This document shows, piece by piece, positions 9,985 through 21,603 of a stretch of 64,000 nt of DNA (position 1 is its first letter; each line of letters opens with the position of its first letter). This stretch comes from Vicugna vicugna (Eukaryota). The translations under genes were made by a program, and so were the position numbers. Under the pieces are notes generated by a model. The model was not told where the DNA came from and ran no database searches. It was given only the letters and a program-made list of their open reading frames with translations. The stretch spans positions 1,480,777-1,544,776 of the forward strand of contig MU058337.1 of NCBI GenBank assembly GCA_013265495.1. The letters run 5' to 3'.

Positions 9985-12259
9985 GTAACGCTCGGTCGTT
10001 TGGAAAGTAGAGACAGTCCATGGCAAAACTTTCAGTGTCAGGTGTGCCTCCTGCTCAGTTCAGAAAGAAATGGAATACAGACTAATTCCTTTCTCATCTA
10101 AACTTAACATTGCTGCGAAAGTTAATTTTTTAGCCTATTCAGATGTGCTGACTGATACTTAAAAGTTATTTTCATAAAACATATTCAAGGATACTTTTTG
10201 ATATACTGGAACTGGCTTACATATTTGAGAAGAGTTTGAAACTTTTGCCATGGCTGCAGGACTTACATTCTTTTTTGGAAGGGTGCGGGGAGACAGGGAG
10301 TGGCGAAGGGGAAAGGTTAAACATCCACCTGTGGTTATGTGTTCTTCTTTTCTCTCTTATTACCTAGACTGTGAGAGGCTTTTTGCCTTCAGTCAGATTA
10401 AAAAGAGCAGGGCCTAACATTGAGTGACAGCACCTGCTTTTGATAAATAGGTTTTCTTGCTCTTCTTTTTTCCTCCTTTTATCCCTCACCCCCTACCCCC
10501 AATCCTGCTTCAACACAATGGACTAATTCTAGCATTCTGATCATAAGGCCCTCCATTTTCCTAATGTGTTTCAAAGAATCTTTTTAGGAAAAATGTCCAG
10601 ATTATTCATCCACTTTTTTAGTATCTACTAACAACTCCTTTTTTTCTCTAGAGAGTTATGAAGGAACAGGTTGTCCTTGTCTGGAGTCAAGCTAAACACA
10701 TGATTTGTTTTATCAGCAGCTGGAGCAGAAGTTGAAAATGTCTTTCTGTGAGACAGTAATTTGCTACTGAAGCTTTATGGCTTATTTGCACTGATTACTC
10801 CAGGATCCTAAAACTTGTTGAAAGTCACTGAAATACTCAAGGCAAATTACTTTACAGCACTGAGTGCTCCTCAGCATAGTTTGCATAATGAAAATGAATT
10901 CCACTGGTGTGTGCCATAGGAAATCCTGTTATTATAGTTTTTTGAACTTCAATATTTGACTCAAAATATGTGACTCGTCATTTTTAATCTTGGCATTACT
11001 GTGGACAAGCTGACATATTATTAAATCTGTTTGCCAGTAAGCTTAGCTTTTCAAATGCATTTTCCCTGTGCTGTCTTTAATTAGATGTACATACCTGTAT
11101 TTGGTGGATATCACAGACTGTGCAATTGAATGTATGAAATTTTTATTAGTGCCTTTAATAACGAAGATACTTTTGGAGTAATGGTGCTGTCTTGTAGCGA
11201 GTTATTAATCATAGGAAGATTTTTTTCTCTTCATTTACTTTTTGTTTCATATTAACAATTTTTTTTTACACGGACACAACCCTCTGACAGTCTTTCCAAA
11301 TAATCAAAATCATTTGACTATGTATGCTGTGATCTCAACACTGCCCAAACCATCAAGCAGTCTTCATATAGTTTGCATTATAAAATCTCATTAAATTCTC
11401 CAAGAAAAAATAAATTACAGAATTTTATTTCCTGACCATGCACCCCCTGGATTCCTGAATTTCAGTTCAGACCGTAGATGACCAGATAAGCTGCCTTTAG
11501 AAATTGTCAACATCTGAATGTTAAGTCCATTTTCCCCATGGAAGAAGCCCTTAGTTCCATGAAGTATGGATTACCATTTGTATTTTTCACTAACAGTAAA
11601 TGTATTTTTCTTATTAATTGTTTGCCTTAGGAATGATGAATTACATTTTTTGTTCCTTCTTACCATAAACATCTGCATTCCTCAGCTCAGCCTTCCTTGT
11701 ATGTTGTTTCTTTATAAATGGTTGAGCTGCTGATGCAGGTATTGCCAAGCTAACAGTACAAATCATTTTAAAGAGGAAGCTGGCGCGTATGGCAGCCGAG
11801 GAGCACACTCTGCAGGACACTGGACAAGACAGTAAATATGCAACTTTTAATGCTGATTAAAGGAGTATAGGTAAAGAATACGTAGGTATACATAATTGGT
11901 GAGACAAATATTCACTTTATTTATATTTTATATATTATTTTTTTAATTTGGTAAATACTATCCAGTTTTGTAGTTGTCCTTGTTGATTTGTGTGATATTA
12001 AAGTACTAGTAATAATTGCCAGGAAACTATCATTAGGGAGGGTTTAGTCGGTTGCTGTTTGGACTGGGAGGGATGATTTAAATTTAGTGCTAGAAACAAA
12101 TTTTAGTGACTGCACAGTTTATCATTTGTCAGACAGAAGGTAGCTGTAGAGCTACCCTGTAAGTCAGATCAAAAAAGTTCAGAGGAAGATTAGTAAATAT
12201 TTATCAATTTTTAAAAAACATTTTATTTTTCTAACATCTTAACATGTCCTCCCCTTTAG
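9985..12259 (+). other. ARGLU1: ARGLU1 intron 2 (retained intron with conserved splicing-regulatory element)
   Basis: GT..AG, 2275 nt, non-consensus donor gtaacg, no repeat recognisable by eye, internal splice-site cluster at about 11580-11960. Retention and a poison exon are established for the human ortholog. Confidence 0.8.
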
Positions 12260-12343
12260 GAGGAAGAACGTGCAAAACGTGAGGAGCTAGAGCGAATACT
12301 AGAAGAGAATAACCGAAAAATTGCAGAAGCACAAGCCAAACTG
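12260..12343 (+). CDS. ARGLU1: ARGLU1 coding exon 3
   Basis: Acceptor cctcccctttag|; EEERAKREELERILEENNRKIAEAQAKL; donor CTG|gtatgt; 84 nt, phase 0/0. Too short for the ORF track. Confidence 0.97.
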
Positions 12344-14359
12344 GTATGTGTAAAGCGTGCATGAAAAGTGCTTTATCGTTACTTTATATTTTTTTCAGAG
12401 TTTGTGGAGTGATTTTTGTACTCTATAAGTGACTTAGTTTTTAGAGTTTTCGGGAATTTTAAGGGATTTTAGGCAAGAGTAGGAATAGTTGACTAGATTT
12501 TAGCTGCTGTCTTCCAGAGGAATCTGTTTGAGGCAGTCCAAAAATTCTGATTAATCTGGAGACAATTCCAAAATTTGCAGTGGTTTAAAACAGATTCCTA
12601 AGGGAAATTGTACTATCCCTATCTCCAACTTTTTCTATCCTGCTCTCATTCACATTTCTCCTGTGCCCATAAAACAAAAAAGCTTGGAGGTATTTAAACC
12701 AAGTAATATGCAGCATTTTGCTTGGCATTAGTTGCCTTGTTACTAGACAGAATAAGTAGAGAGTATATATTTGACAGTAAGTGCTCCAGATTACTTTTTA
12801 AAATAGTTTTAAGTTTAAAATATTTAACTTGATTAATATTACTTAAGTCTCTGTGACTTAAGTAAATTGCATTATGATATAGAGATGTAAAACGAGATAC
12901 AATTTTTAAACTTTAATAAGCCAGTGTAAGAATGCTGAAGTAATTTTTTAAATGGAAAAACTAATAATACATATTATTTCACGTCTGTCTTTTTTTTCCT
13001 ATTCTATATAAAGTAGAATAAAAAAGTAGATAACATTTTTAGTGTATTAGACTGTTCCCAGTTAAGAGTATGAATATGTTTTGAAACATCATCAGTATGC
13101 TGATAAAACTAGAGTTAAAGGACTATGGATATAAATAAATCAAAAAACAAGGATAGTCAGACATAAGGGAAAACTTTCTTTTCCACATGAAGAAGGCATA
13201 TAGACATTCTATTTCAAAGTAAGAATATAAATTAGAGATAGAAGGAAGTTTACTTAAGATGAATGAGGATCAGTGCTATTACTGCCTAGGAATGAAGACA
13301 TGACCCAGCAGGGGCTCTTGGTTCTAGACAAGTTTTGTCTAGTTAAGAAATGTGTTGAGAATAATGCAGCCATAGGAAGACATTTGCTGCTAAGTCATAC
13401 TGTTGACTGAAGGGAAAAAAGCAAGGTGTAGGCTCCAGTGGTTTAGAAAAAACAAATTCTGTAACTGTGTTGATAAGAGCAGAGAAAAAGATCTGGGAGG
13501 GTCTAAGTAATTAACGGTGGATCCCATGGGAGTACAATGAAGGAAGACTGTAAATAATTGTCCTATTGTGGATAAGAATGTGAAAGTGAAAAACGTGGTT
13601 CCAGAGCATGATCTTTTAAAAGATGGTCTGCCCCAGATAAGAGCCAAACTAGAAATATCTAAGCAACTTACTGAGCATTACACAATGGATTCTTACTTCA
13701 TACCAGTGCACTGGCTGTTGTGAAAGCCACAGGCAAGGAGAAGACTTACTCCTGTTTTACCAATGAAGACCTTAAAATCTGCCTAGGTAAAAAAAGCAGA
13801 ATATGAAATGGATGAGGAGTCATAATAAGATGTATCACTGTATGCTAATTAATAAGTATGTGATAATGCTTTTTTTGGTGATCAACATAAGGAGAAAGTC
13901 TCAGTGCAAGTGGGAGGAATAAGATGAGAAGTGTGCATCTTAATTTGGGTTTTGAAGGTTGAGCTTTGAAAGGTAAATGTAGACTGGTTTGTAAGGCATG
14001 GATGTTTTGGGAAGAGAGGAACAGTATAATTGATACTTAAAACATTGAAGCAAAATTACCCAGCATGAGGAATAGAATTCCTCTTAGAACATGGTGTAAG
14101 AGCCTGGATAGTAGAGAGAGTTCAGTTTGTGGGTGGCGTGAAATACCAGAGGGTGGGTGACTTCTAGAGCAAAACTCCTAGAACTTGGTATGCACTGCCA
14201 AGGTTTCGATCCCTTCTGACCCTGGTGTGGCTGTCTGAGTGCCTAGGGACAGCCTGGCCTCCTTATGTTCCTCTAGCAGCCTTTGTTTACCCATGAACCA
14301 TAAAAATAGAGCCTTCTGTGTGTCATTACTGGGAAAAGATTAGCAAGCATATTGTAGAG

Positions 14360-14591
14360 CAGTGCTTCTCAAGTGGTGGTAATTGGCCAGATTTTTTTTT
14401 TTAATCTTTTAATCCCAGTTTGTCTCAGAACCCTACTTCTGCAAAATACAGTTAAATGAATTATTAGAAAATGAGATCACATTGCTATAGAAGTTTCTAA
14501 AACACTTCTTAGCTTCTACATAACTTGTGTGTAGAACCCATTACAGTTGACACTGTCATTGGTCCGTGGGCCATACTTAACACTAGCACTG
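14360..14591. mobile_element. Degenerate hAT-type DNA transposon remnant
   Basis: Ends cagtgcttctcaa and tagcactg resemble MER5/Charlie terminal inverted repeats. Confidence 0.4.
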
Positions 14592-15037
14592 GGCTAGAAC
14601 ATTTGATTTTGACTTAATTTTCTGTTCAGTGACTACTCTGACTGCATGCTATCAATAAAACTTCCATGAAAAGATACCTTAGGGGAAAAGAAGCTTGAAT
14701 TTGAGAAAAATTGGTAAGAAATTGGATATAATTAGCTCATTTGCTTCTTGTGATCAGTAAAGTTGGAAGCCTAAGAAATTGTTGATGATAGAGAAAAATA
14801 ATTTTTATTTGGTTCTGTTGGTGATCATTTACTTACAGGGAAAGAAAGAGTGTCTTGTGTAGGAGACAAAAAATGTTACTGTATAAAGATGCAAGACATA
14901 TATTTTTGAGGTTTCTTTCATTTTTTGTTGTCCTCTTCCTCTCAGTTTTGAGCACAGTTATTTAATCTTTATACATTTTTACTAGGAAATACTACATGGA
15001 CTATATTGAAAGTCTCATTGAAATAATAGATATTTTG

Positions 15038-15160
15038 ATAGCTCAAGTGGTAGAGCACATGCTTAGCCACACAAGGTCCTGGGTTCAATCCCTAGTACCT
15101 CCTCTAAAAGTAAATAAGTGAACCTAATTATCTCCCATAAATAAGTAAGTAAATAAATAA
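15038..15160 (+). mobile_element. tRNA-derived SINE (Vic-1-like), lacking the G-rich head
   Basis: tagctcaagtggtagagcacatgcttagc...gggttcaatccctagtacctcc...aacctaattatctccc plus (TAAA)n tail. Confidence 0.88.
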
Positions 15161-15184
15161 ATATTTTTTAAAAATCATAGTTAT

Positions 15185-15340
15185 TTCACAGGGAACTATA
15201 TTCAATATCTTGTAGTAGCTTATGGTGAAAACGAATATATGTATATTCATGTATGGCTGAAGCATTGTGCTGTACACCAGAAATTGACACAACATTGTAA
15301 ACTGACTATACTTCAATTAAAAAAAAGTAAAAAAAAAAAT
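15185..15340 (+). mobile_element. LINE-1 3' terminal fragment with poly(A)
   Basis: cacagggaactatattcaatatcttgta...tgctgtacaccagaaattgacacaacattgtaaactgactatacttcaattaaaaaaaa. Confidence 0.85.
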
Positions 15341-16289
15341 TAAGAAATAAGGGGGCTATAATAGAGTGCTGTAGAGAGCATGTGACTTTCCTGGGTATGT
15401 CAATAGTAATAGTATATCTTGTTGAACCAACAGTTCTCTTTGCTTTGTTACATAATATAGATGTTAGAGATATGGACCTATTCATTGCTGTGTATAAATT
15501 TAAGAAGAAAAATGGGAAACATTCTTGCTTCTAGAAAGCAAGGGAGGAAGAGGAGTGGCTAAGCTTTACTATTAACGTAATCTATTTGAGAAACTAATGT
15601 GTTATAAAAAGCAGTTTGGAGATAAAAATAGCTAAGATGTTAAGTTCTCTTAAAGACTGTTCATTGTGGAGACAAGAGCAACTGCAGGAAAAGTTAACTA
15701 ATAATATGGAACTATTTGGTAAGTGACATGAACTATATGAGATAACTGACATTTGATAGTTGCTCTGGGAAGTTTACTGGAAGAGATACCCCTGAGCTGG
15801 GCGGTGGTTGATAGTTAGACATTGAATTTAGGATGGGGACAAAAGTGGGAGGAAATGAAGTTGGGCAAAGGCCTTTAGGGAAGTAGAATTAGAAACAAGT
15901 CAGAGTGTGGGGGATCTCTTGGAATAATGGGGAAAGGAGTAGTAGTGGTTGTAAAGGAACTGTGTGTGTAAGAAGTTTGTATGATAAACATGGGAGATGA
16001 GGTTCTGAAAGCAGATTAAAGATAGATTGGAAAAGAAAGTACCCTGGAGGAGACTTCTTCAACATTACAACCATGAAAGAACAGCACAGTGATCTCAAAT
16101 TAATAAAGAAGGCCAACTCCCTGAAAGGGAAAAAAAAATTACTTTGAGATGTAACAGAGGTAATTCACACAAATAAGATGAAAAGTAGCTGTAATAAATT
16201 CCTGAAAATAAATCCCAACCTCAGTAGGAAAGCAAAGAAATGCCCCCTCCTTTTTCTTTTTCTCTAGTAACTACATACCAACTTCGAAA

Positions 16290-16460
16290 AGATTTTTTCC
16301 CCCATTAGTACCAAGTGTTGGCAAGGATATGGTATACAGAGACCCTTTGTATAGTAATCCTGGGAGTTTAAATGGTTATGACCATTTTAGAAAATAACAG
16401 TAAATCAGTAAATACCAGGAACCTTTTATTCCTAAGAATTTATCTCATGGAAATTGAATC
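16290..16460 (+). mobile_element. Old LINE-1 (L1M-type) fragment
   Basis: taccaagtgttggcaaggatatgg...aaatggttatgaccattttagaaaa...ttcctaagaatttatc. Confidence 0.55.
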
Positions 16461-17723
16461 ATATACAAATCAACTTACACCCAAAAATGTTTTCCTCCTA
16501 TTTGAAAAGTGAAAATTGCCCAGGTGTTTAGATAAATTATATCTACAGTGGATTTTTTGGCAGTCAGAGAGCACTTGATAATACAGGGGAAATATCTAAA
16601 TACAGAACTTAGATATGCATTATGATTTTCCTAATTTGAAACTTATATTTGAACATTATAATAGAAAAATATGCCTAAGTGCTGAGAATAGTTCTCTCTA
16701 ATTAGTGAGCTTACATGTAACTTCATGCTTTTCTCCAGTTTCTACATTTTCTGAAAGTAACATATGTCACCATTATGATCACATAAGAATAATTAGTAAA
16801 GACAGTAAATTTAAGCCACCCTTAGACTAACTTTTAAGTAGGTCCCCATGACAGAACTTCAAAGATTGGTCCCAGTGATGTCTATAGTAAGGAACACATT
16901 AGCTACCACGTGGGGCTCTCATGTATGGTAATCATATTAAGTGCTCTAGACCGAGTTACTTTTGCTCATTTCAGTTCCAAGTTGTTTATCAACATACTTG
17001 ATTTTACCTGTCCATAAGGAGGCAAGAAAATATTAATCAACACACATACTTCATTTATAAAATCAAACAAGAATTAATCCAAATGTGGATTGACTTGGCT
17101 TTTAGGCAGATTGGTTCCTAGTTCTTGGGTTAGTATTGGCAATGCACAGCTATCTTCAAGTATTTGAAAGGCTGTTGTTACTAAAATGGAGAATTCTAAT
17201 TTTCTTTAAAATGTTAAAAATAGTACTTAAAATTTTTTTAAGTTCTCTTCTTCACACTTTCTTTTTTTTAATAATGTGCCTGGGAAAACCCCAGCTACTG
17301 TTCTGAAATTTATATGCATCTTATGTATCAAAAGGGGAAACAGACTAAGTGAAGGTGATAGATGTTGCTGTGGGTTGAAATGTTCTAGGAGGGTATGTCA
17401 GTAGGAACAATGACCCTCATAACTGTCCCCTGAAATTCTAGATCTATAGTACATTTCCTCTCTATAATATTGAAATAGTTTTCCATTTTTCCCTTGCCAA
17501 AAAGGGAGATTTATCATGCTCATTGTGCTGTATATATAACACTTGGTATCTCACCAGTTTGAGAGATGAAAAACATAGTACCATGTTTATACACTGACTT
17601 TATATGAAATATAGTCCACATACTTAATTAAGTTTAAAGTAAACCAGATCTTGCCTTGCAATTAAGAGATAGCCCTGAAAAGAGTTCAGAGAAAAATGTT
17701 AAGAAATAATTTTTTAATATTTG

Positions 17724-18899
17724 TGTAGTAGACTGAAAAATGTCACCTACCTCACAAAAAAAAGACGTTCATGTTCTAATCCCTGGAACCTGTGAACGTC
17801 ACCTTATATGGCAAATAAAAAGTCTTTACAGATGTGAGTAAGTTAAGAATCTTGAGGGAGACTTTATCCTGGATTATCACTGCGCCCTAAATGTCATTAC
17901 TTACATCCTCAAAAGAGGGAGACAGTGGGAGATTTTACCACAGAGCACACATAAGGGAAGCCAAAGACAGAGCAGAGAGAGATTTGAAAGTGTTGAACTT
18001 GAAGATTGGAGTGATGTGGTCAAAGTCTAGGAATCCTCGCAGCCAGGAGGAGCTGCAGGAAACAAAGAATAGACTCCTCTAGGTCCTCCAGGGGGAGCAC
18101 GGCTTGCTGATATCTTGATTTGGGTCCAGTAATCCTAATGTTTAACTTTTGGCAGTCAGAATAATTTTGTGTTGTTTTGAGCCTAATTGTGATGATTTGT
18201 TTTTGTGAAAATGTGGTAGTGTTTTTTGAAATTGGACAGTGGGAAGAGGCGGGAAGAATTTTGAGACATGATCAAAAATGCCTAGACTGCTTTAAGAAGA
18301 CTGTTGGTAGGAATATGGACTTTAAAAGGTACTTTTTTTTAGAACCAAGAAATAAAATGAGAACTTGATGTTTGGGGAAAATTTTAGCCTATTTAGATTG
18401 CAAAAGATACTAAAATTAGGAGGTGCACTATTAGAAAACTGGAGCAGAAATGCTCTGGAAAGAAGGCTTAATGGTGCGAATGCTGAAGAGATTATGTATA
18501 TGGCTCATCCGGCTACCTCACCCATTTTAGCAAAAGCCAGGATTAGATGAGATTATCCAGAAAAGACCTGTGGAAGAGCCTGTTTTCTAGTGGCCTGGTG
18601 TGCGCATGGGAGACCCACAATGTTTTTGAGGATGTTATATCAGCAGAAACTGCCAACGTGGGTTGAGAGGGAGAGAGGACATAATGATGAAAGGCTTTCA
18701 TACTCCAGTAACATAGGAAAAGGTGATGTGAAGACAGAACAGAGATTTGAAGATACTGGCAGAAGGAATGTGACTCTGTCAACACTTCGATTTTTTTTTT
18801 TTAGGCATACTGATTTTGGATTTCTTCCCTCTAGAATAAACTTCTGTTGTTTTAAGCCATCCAGTTTGTGGTCATTTGTTCCAGTGGCTACAGGAAACA
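17724..18899 (+). mobile_element. ERVL-MaLR (MLT1-type) element: LTR, short internal remnant, second LTR end
   Basis: catgttctaatccctggaacctgtgaa...ccttatatggc...atcctggattat; the LTR tail occurs twice (tttgtgttgttttgagcc near 18170; aataaacttctgttgttttaagccatccagtttgtggtcatttgtt near 18835-18880). Confidence 0.75.
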
Positions 18900-21526
18900 G
18901 TTGGAAAGAGAGTGGGGCATTTATAGTAGAGTAAGCATATGTAAGTTGAAATAACACAGTACTTAGGATGGCTAGTAGTGATATATTTACCTGTATTAAG
19001 AGACAGAAAAATACGGTATGGCACCAAATGTAAATGTCAGTTAAATATTTTAATTTGAAATGAAATGGTGGGGAAGTTAGACAAGGATTTTCTTTCAGTC
19101 AGTGAGAGCTTGTTCCTAGTTGATAAGATAGAAAGCTGATTTAATTATGGCAACGAATTTTTTTAAGCTTTCTGGACATTCGTGATATGACATTGTGTGA
19201 GGTGGCAAGAAGGACAAAGGCTAGAAACAAGAAAGCTGCTGATGTCAGTGAAAAGATGGGGGCTTGAATTGGTAAGGTGGCAGTAGAAACAGTACAGAGA
19301 GAATAGGTAAATTTGGTGAGTGAAAAGGATATACAGAGAGGGAAAGAAGAGGAACAAGGAAGGGAAAGCAAAGGCGTGGTAGGAACCAGGGAAGACCTGC
19401 TGCAGTCATGCTAACAGCCAGGGATCACCAGGCGTTTAAGGAAGACTTTCACAGAAAGCAGTGGATATTGAACAAGACAAACAAAAGAACTGGCTTGAAG
19501 GAACAGAGCATATGGGATACAGAAGATTAAGAGAACCACATCTAGAAGAGTAATTTTTTGTGAAAATTTAAGAAATGAATGGTAAAATCCTGAAGGCATC
19601 AGGTTTCTCTTTTGGCAGTAACATCCATCTCACCACAGCTCAGGAGGACTGATTTTTGTACCTAGTATTTCATTTTACCTTAACTATCGGTTCCTTGAAG
19701 CAAATGTCTGTACTTTAGGTAAAACAGAATCTTAGGAGATGTTATCTAATGTTAAAGTCCCCAAAATATATTTATATTTATATTGACTATAAGGATAATA
19801 AAGGAGAATTAAATTGAGAAGGGGGCTAGAGGGTGTGTGGTGGTATGAATTCTCTTTCAATGGGTAGTTAATGATGTCCCACAGTAATAGTATATATCCT
19901 ACGGAGGTAACTGTCAGAATAACTAAATAACTATGGTCCCTTGGGGGAGGAAGAGGAATTGCTGTTTTCAATCCTTCTGTTATTTTTTTAACCTTGTATA
20001 TGAGTAACACTAATAATATAGTTTGCTAAGAGTCAAAACTAACTACATCAAATTTCTTAATTTTTTTTTTACTCATTGTTTAAAATGGGACTTAACATTA
20101 TATTTGTTATGGAGGGGAAGGTGCATCAAAGACTTACAATTGCAAATGGCAGAGTGGAACAGGAGGGTGTTTCAGAAGGTTAAAATGCAGCAATTCACAT
20201 TTCCAAGTAGAGGCATGTTTCCTAATTGTAGTTTTTTTCTCATTCTGTCCCATCATTCCTATAATCATTCCCCATAACATTATTTCTACCTTTGGATTTT
20301 TTTTTGTAAAAATTCATATATATTGCAAGTAGTAGTAGATTTTCAGTATCCCTGTTTGCTAAATAAACTGCTGTTAAGGACCTTGATCTAGAATTATGGA
20401 CAGTGTAAAAGGAGGATGCTTAGAAAAGTAATTTTGAAAAAGGCAGCGTAAGATCTCCAGGGAAAGGGGGATAGAAGATACTGGGAGGAGTAAATAGACC
20501 CTTCTCCTATAATGCTGTATTTCGCTTTTGTGTATTTCATCTCACTAATCATTCTTTTGAGTGGGGTAAAGGTTGAAAGACTTTTTGAGACCCAACAAGT
20601 CCTGGATGTAGTGGCTAGGAGGGCCTGCCCCAGTGTGGTAGGTGTTGACTTTCTTTTGGCTTCCATGATGTCCACCACATAAGGAGAGCTTAGTGTCGCT
20701 CATCTGTGTGAATACAAATGTACATACCCTTCCCCCGTCACTTGAAATAATGCTTTCTTTGGCATACATTTGAAACAAAAGAGGGGACAGGAACAATGGG
20801 TAATATTCTCCAGCAAATGGGGTCAACAGGAACGAAGCAGCATTTCAGACAATTACTGCAGAGCGAGGCGCGGGGGTTTGGAAGAATACCTAGCAAGTAG
20901 GGTGCAGGGTCAAACCGCTTACAGATGGATGGGCAGTTTTTCATCTCCTGAAAGTCACTGTATTAAAATGAAAGATGACTTTGATTTTACTCAACTAGTG
21001 CTTTTTTTATATATAAGTTACTTTTATTGTCAAGATTTATCAATTCATCAAGACATTCATCAACTTCCAGTTGAGAAACTTTCTGTGACTTTCAGTTCAA
21101 CATGGTTTTCTTATTTTAGAGCTAAAGTAACTTATTTCCTTCTTTGGTCATTTAGGCCCTCAAATATTTTTTGTTTGGTTTTGAAGGGTAATTTCCAGCA
21201 TTTATAAAAGTATTGCACTTTACAGTGTGTTCTCTCATTATCTTACTTCATCTTGTAATTACCCTGTGAGATAATTGCTCTGTGATCATTTCATATATAG
21301 ATATAAAATAAGGGTCACAGAAATTAAGATTTTTCTCAAAATTATTGAAGAAGCTTAAAGACCAGGTATGCACATCATAAAATTCTTTTTTGTTTTACAA
21401 GCCTTAGGGGTGTTAACTTTACAACTAGGGAGCCTTCCCCTCATATTAAAATTGCTAAAAGCTTACTTTAACTTCTGAGTCTTAATTTTTATACCTATAT
21501 TGTGTTATGATTCCTGTACGACGCAG

Positions 21527-21603
21527 TTTATCCCTTCCCACTCCCTTTACCCCCTGGTAACCATAAGTTCTCTATGTCTGTGAGTCTGTTTCTGTTTTGT
21601 AGA
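21527..21603 (-). mobile_element. LINE-1 3' UTR fragment
   Basis: cccctggtaaccataagttctctatgtctgtgagtctgtttctgttttgta. Confidence 0.65.
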
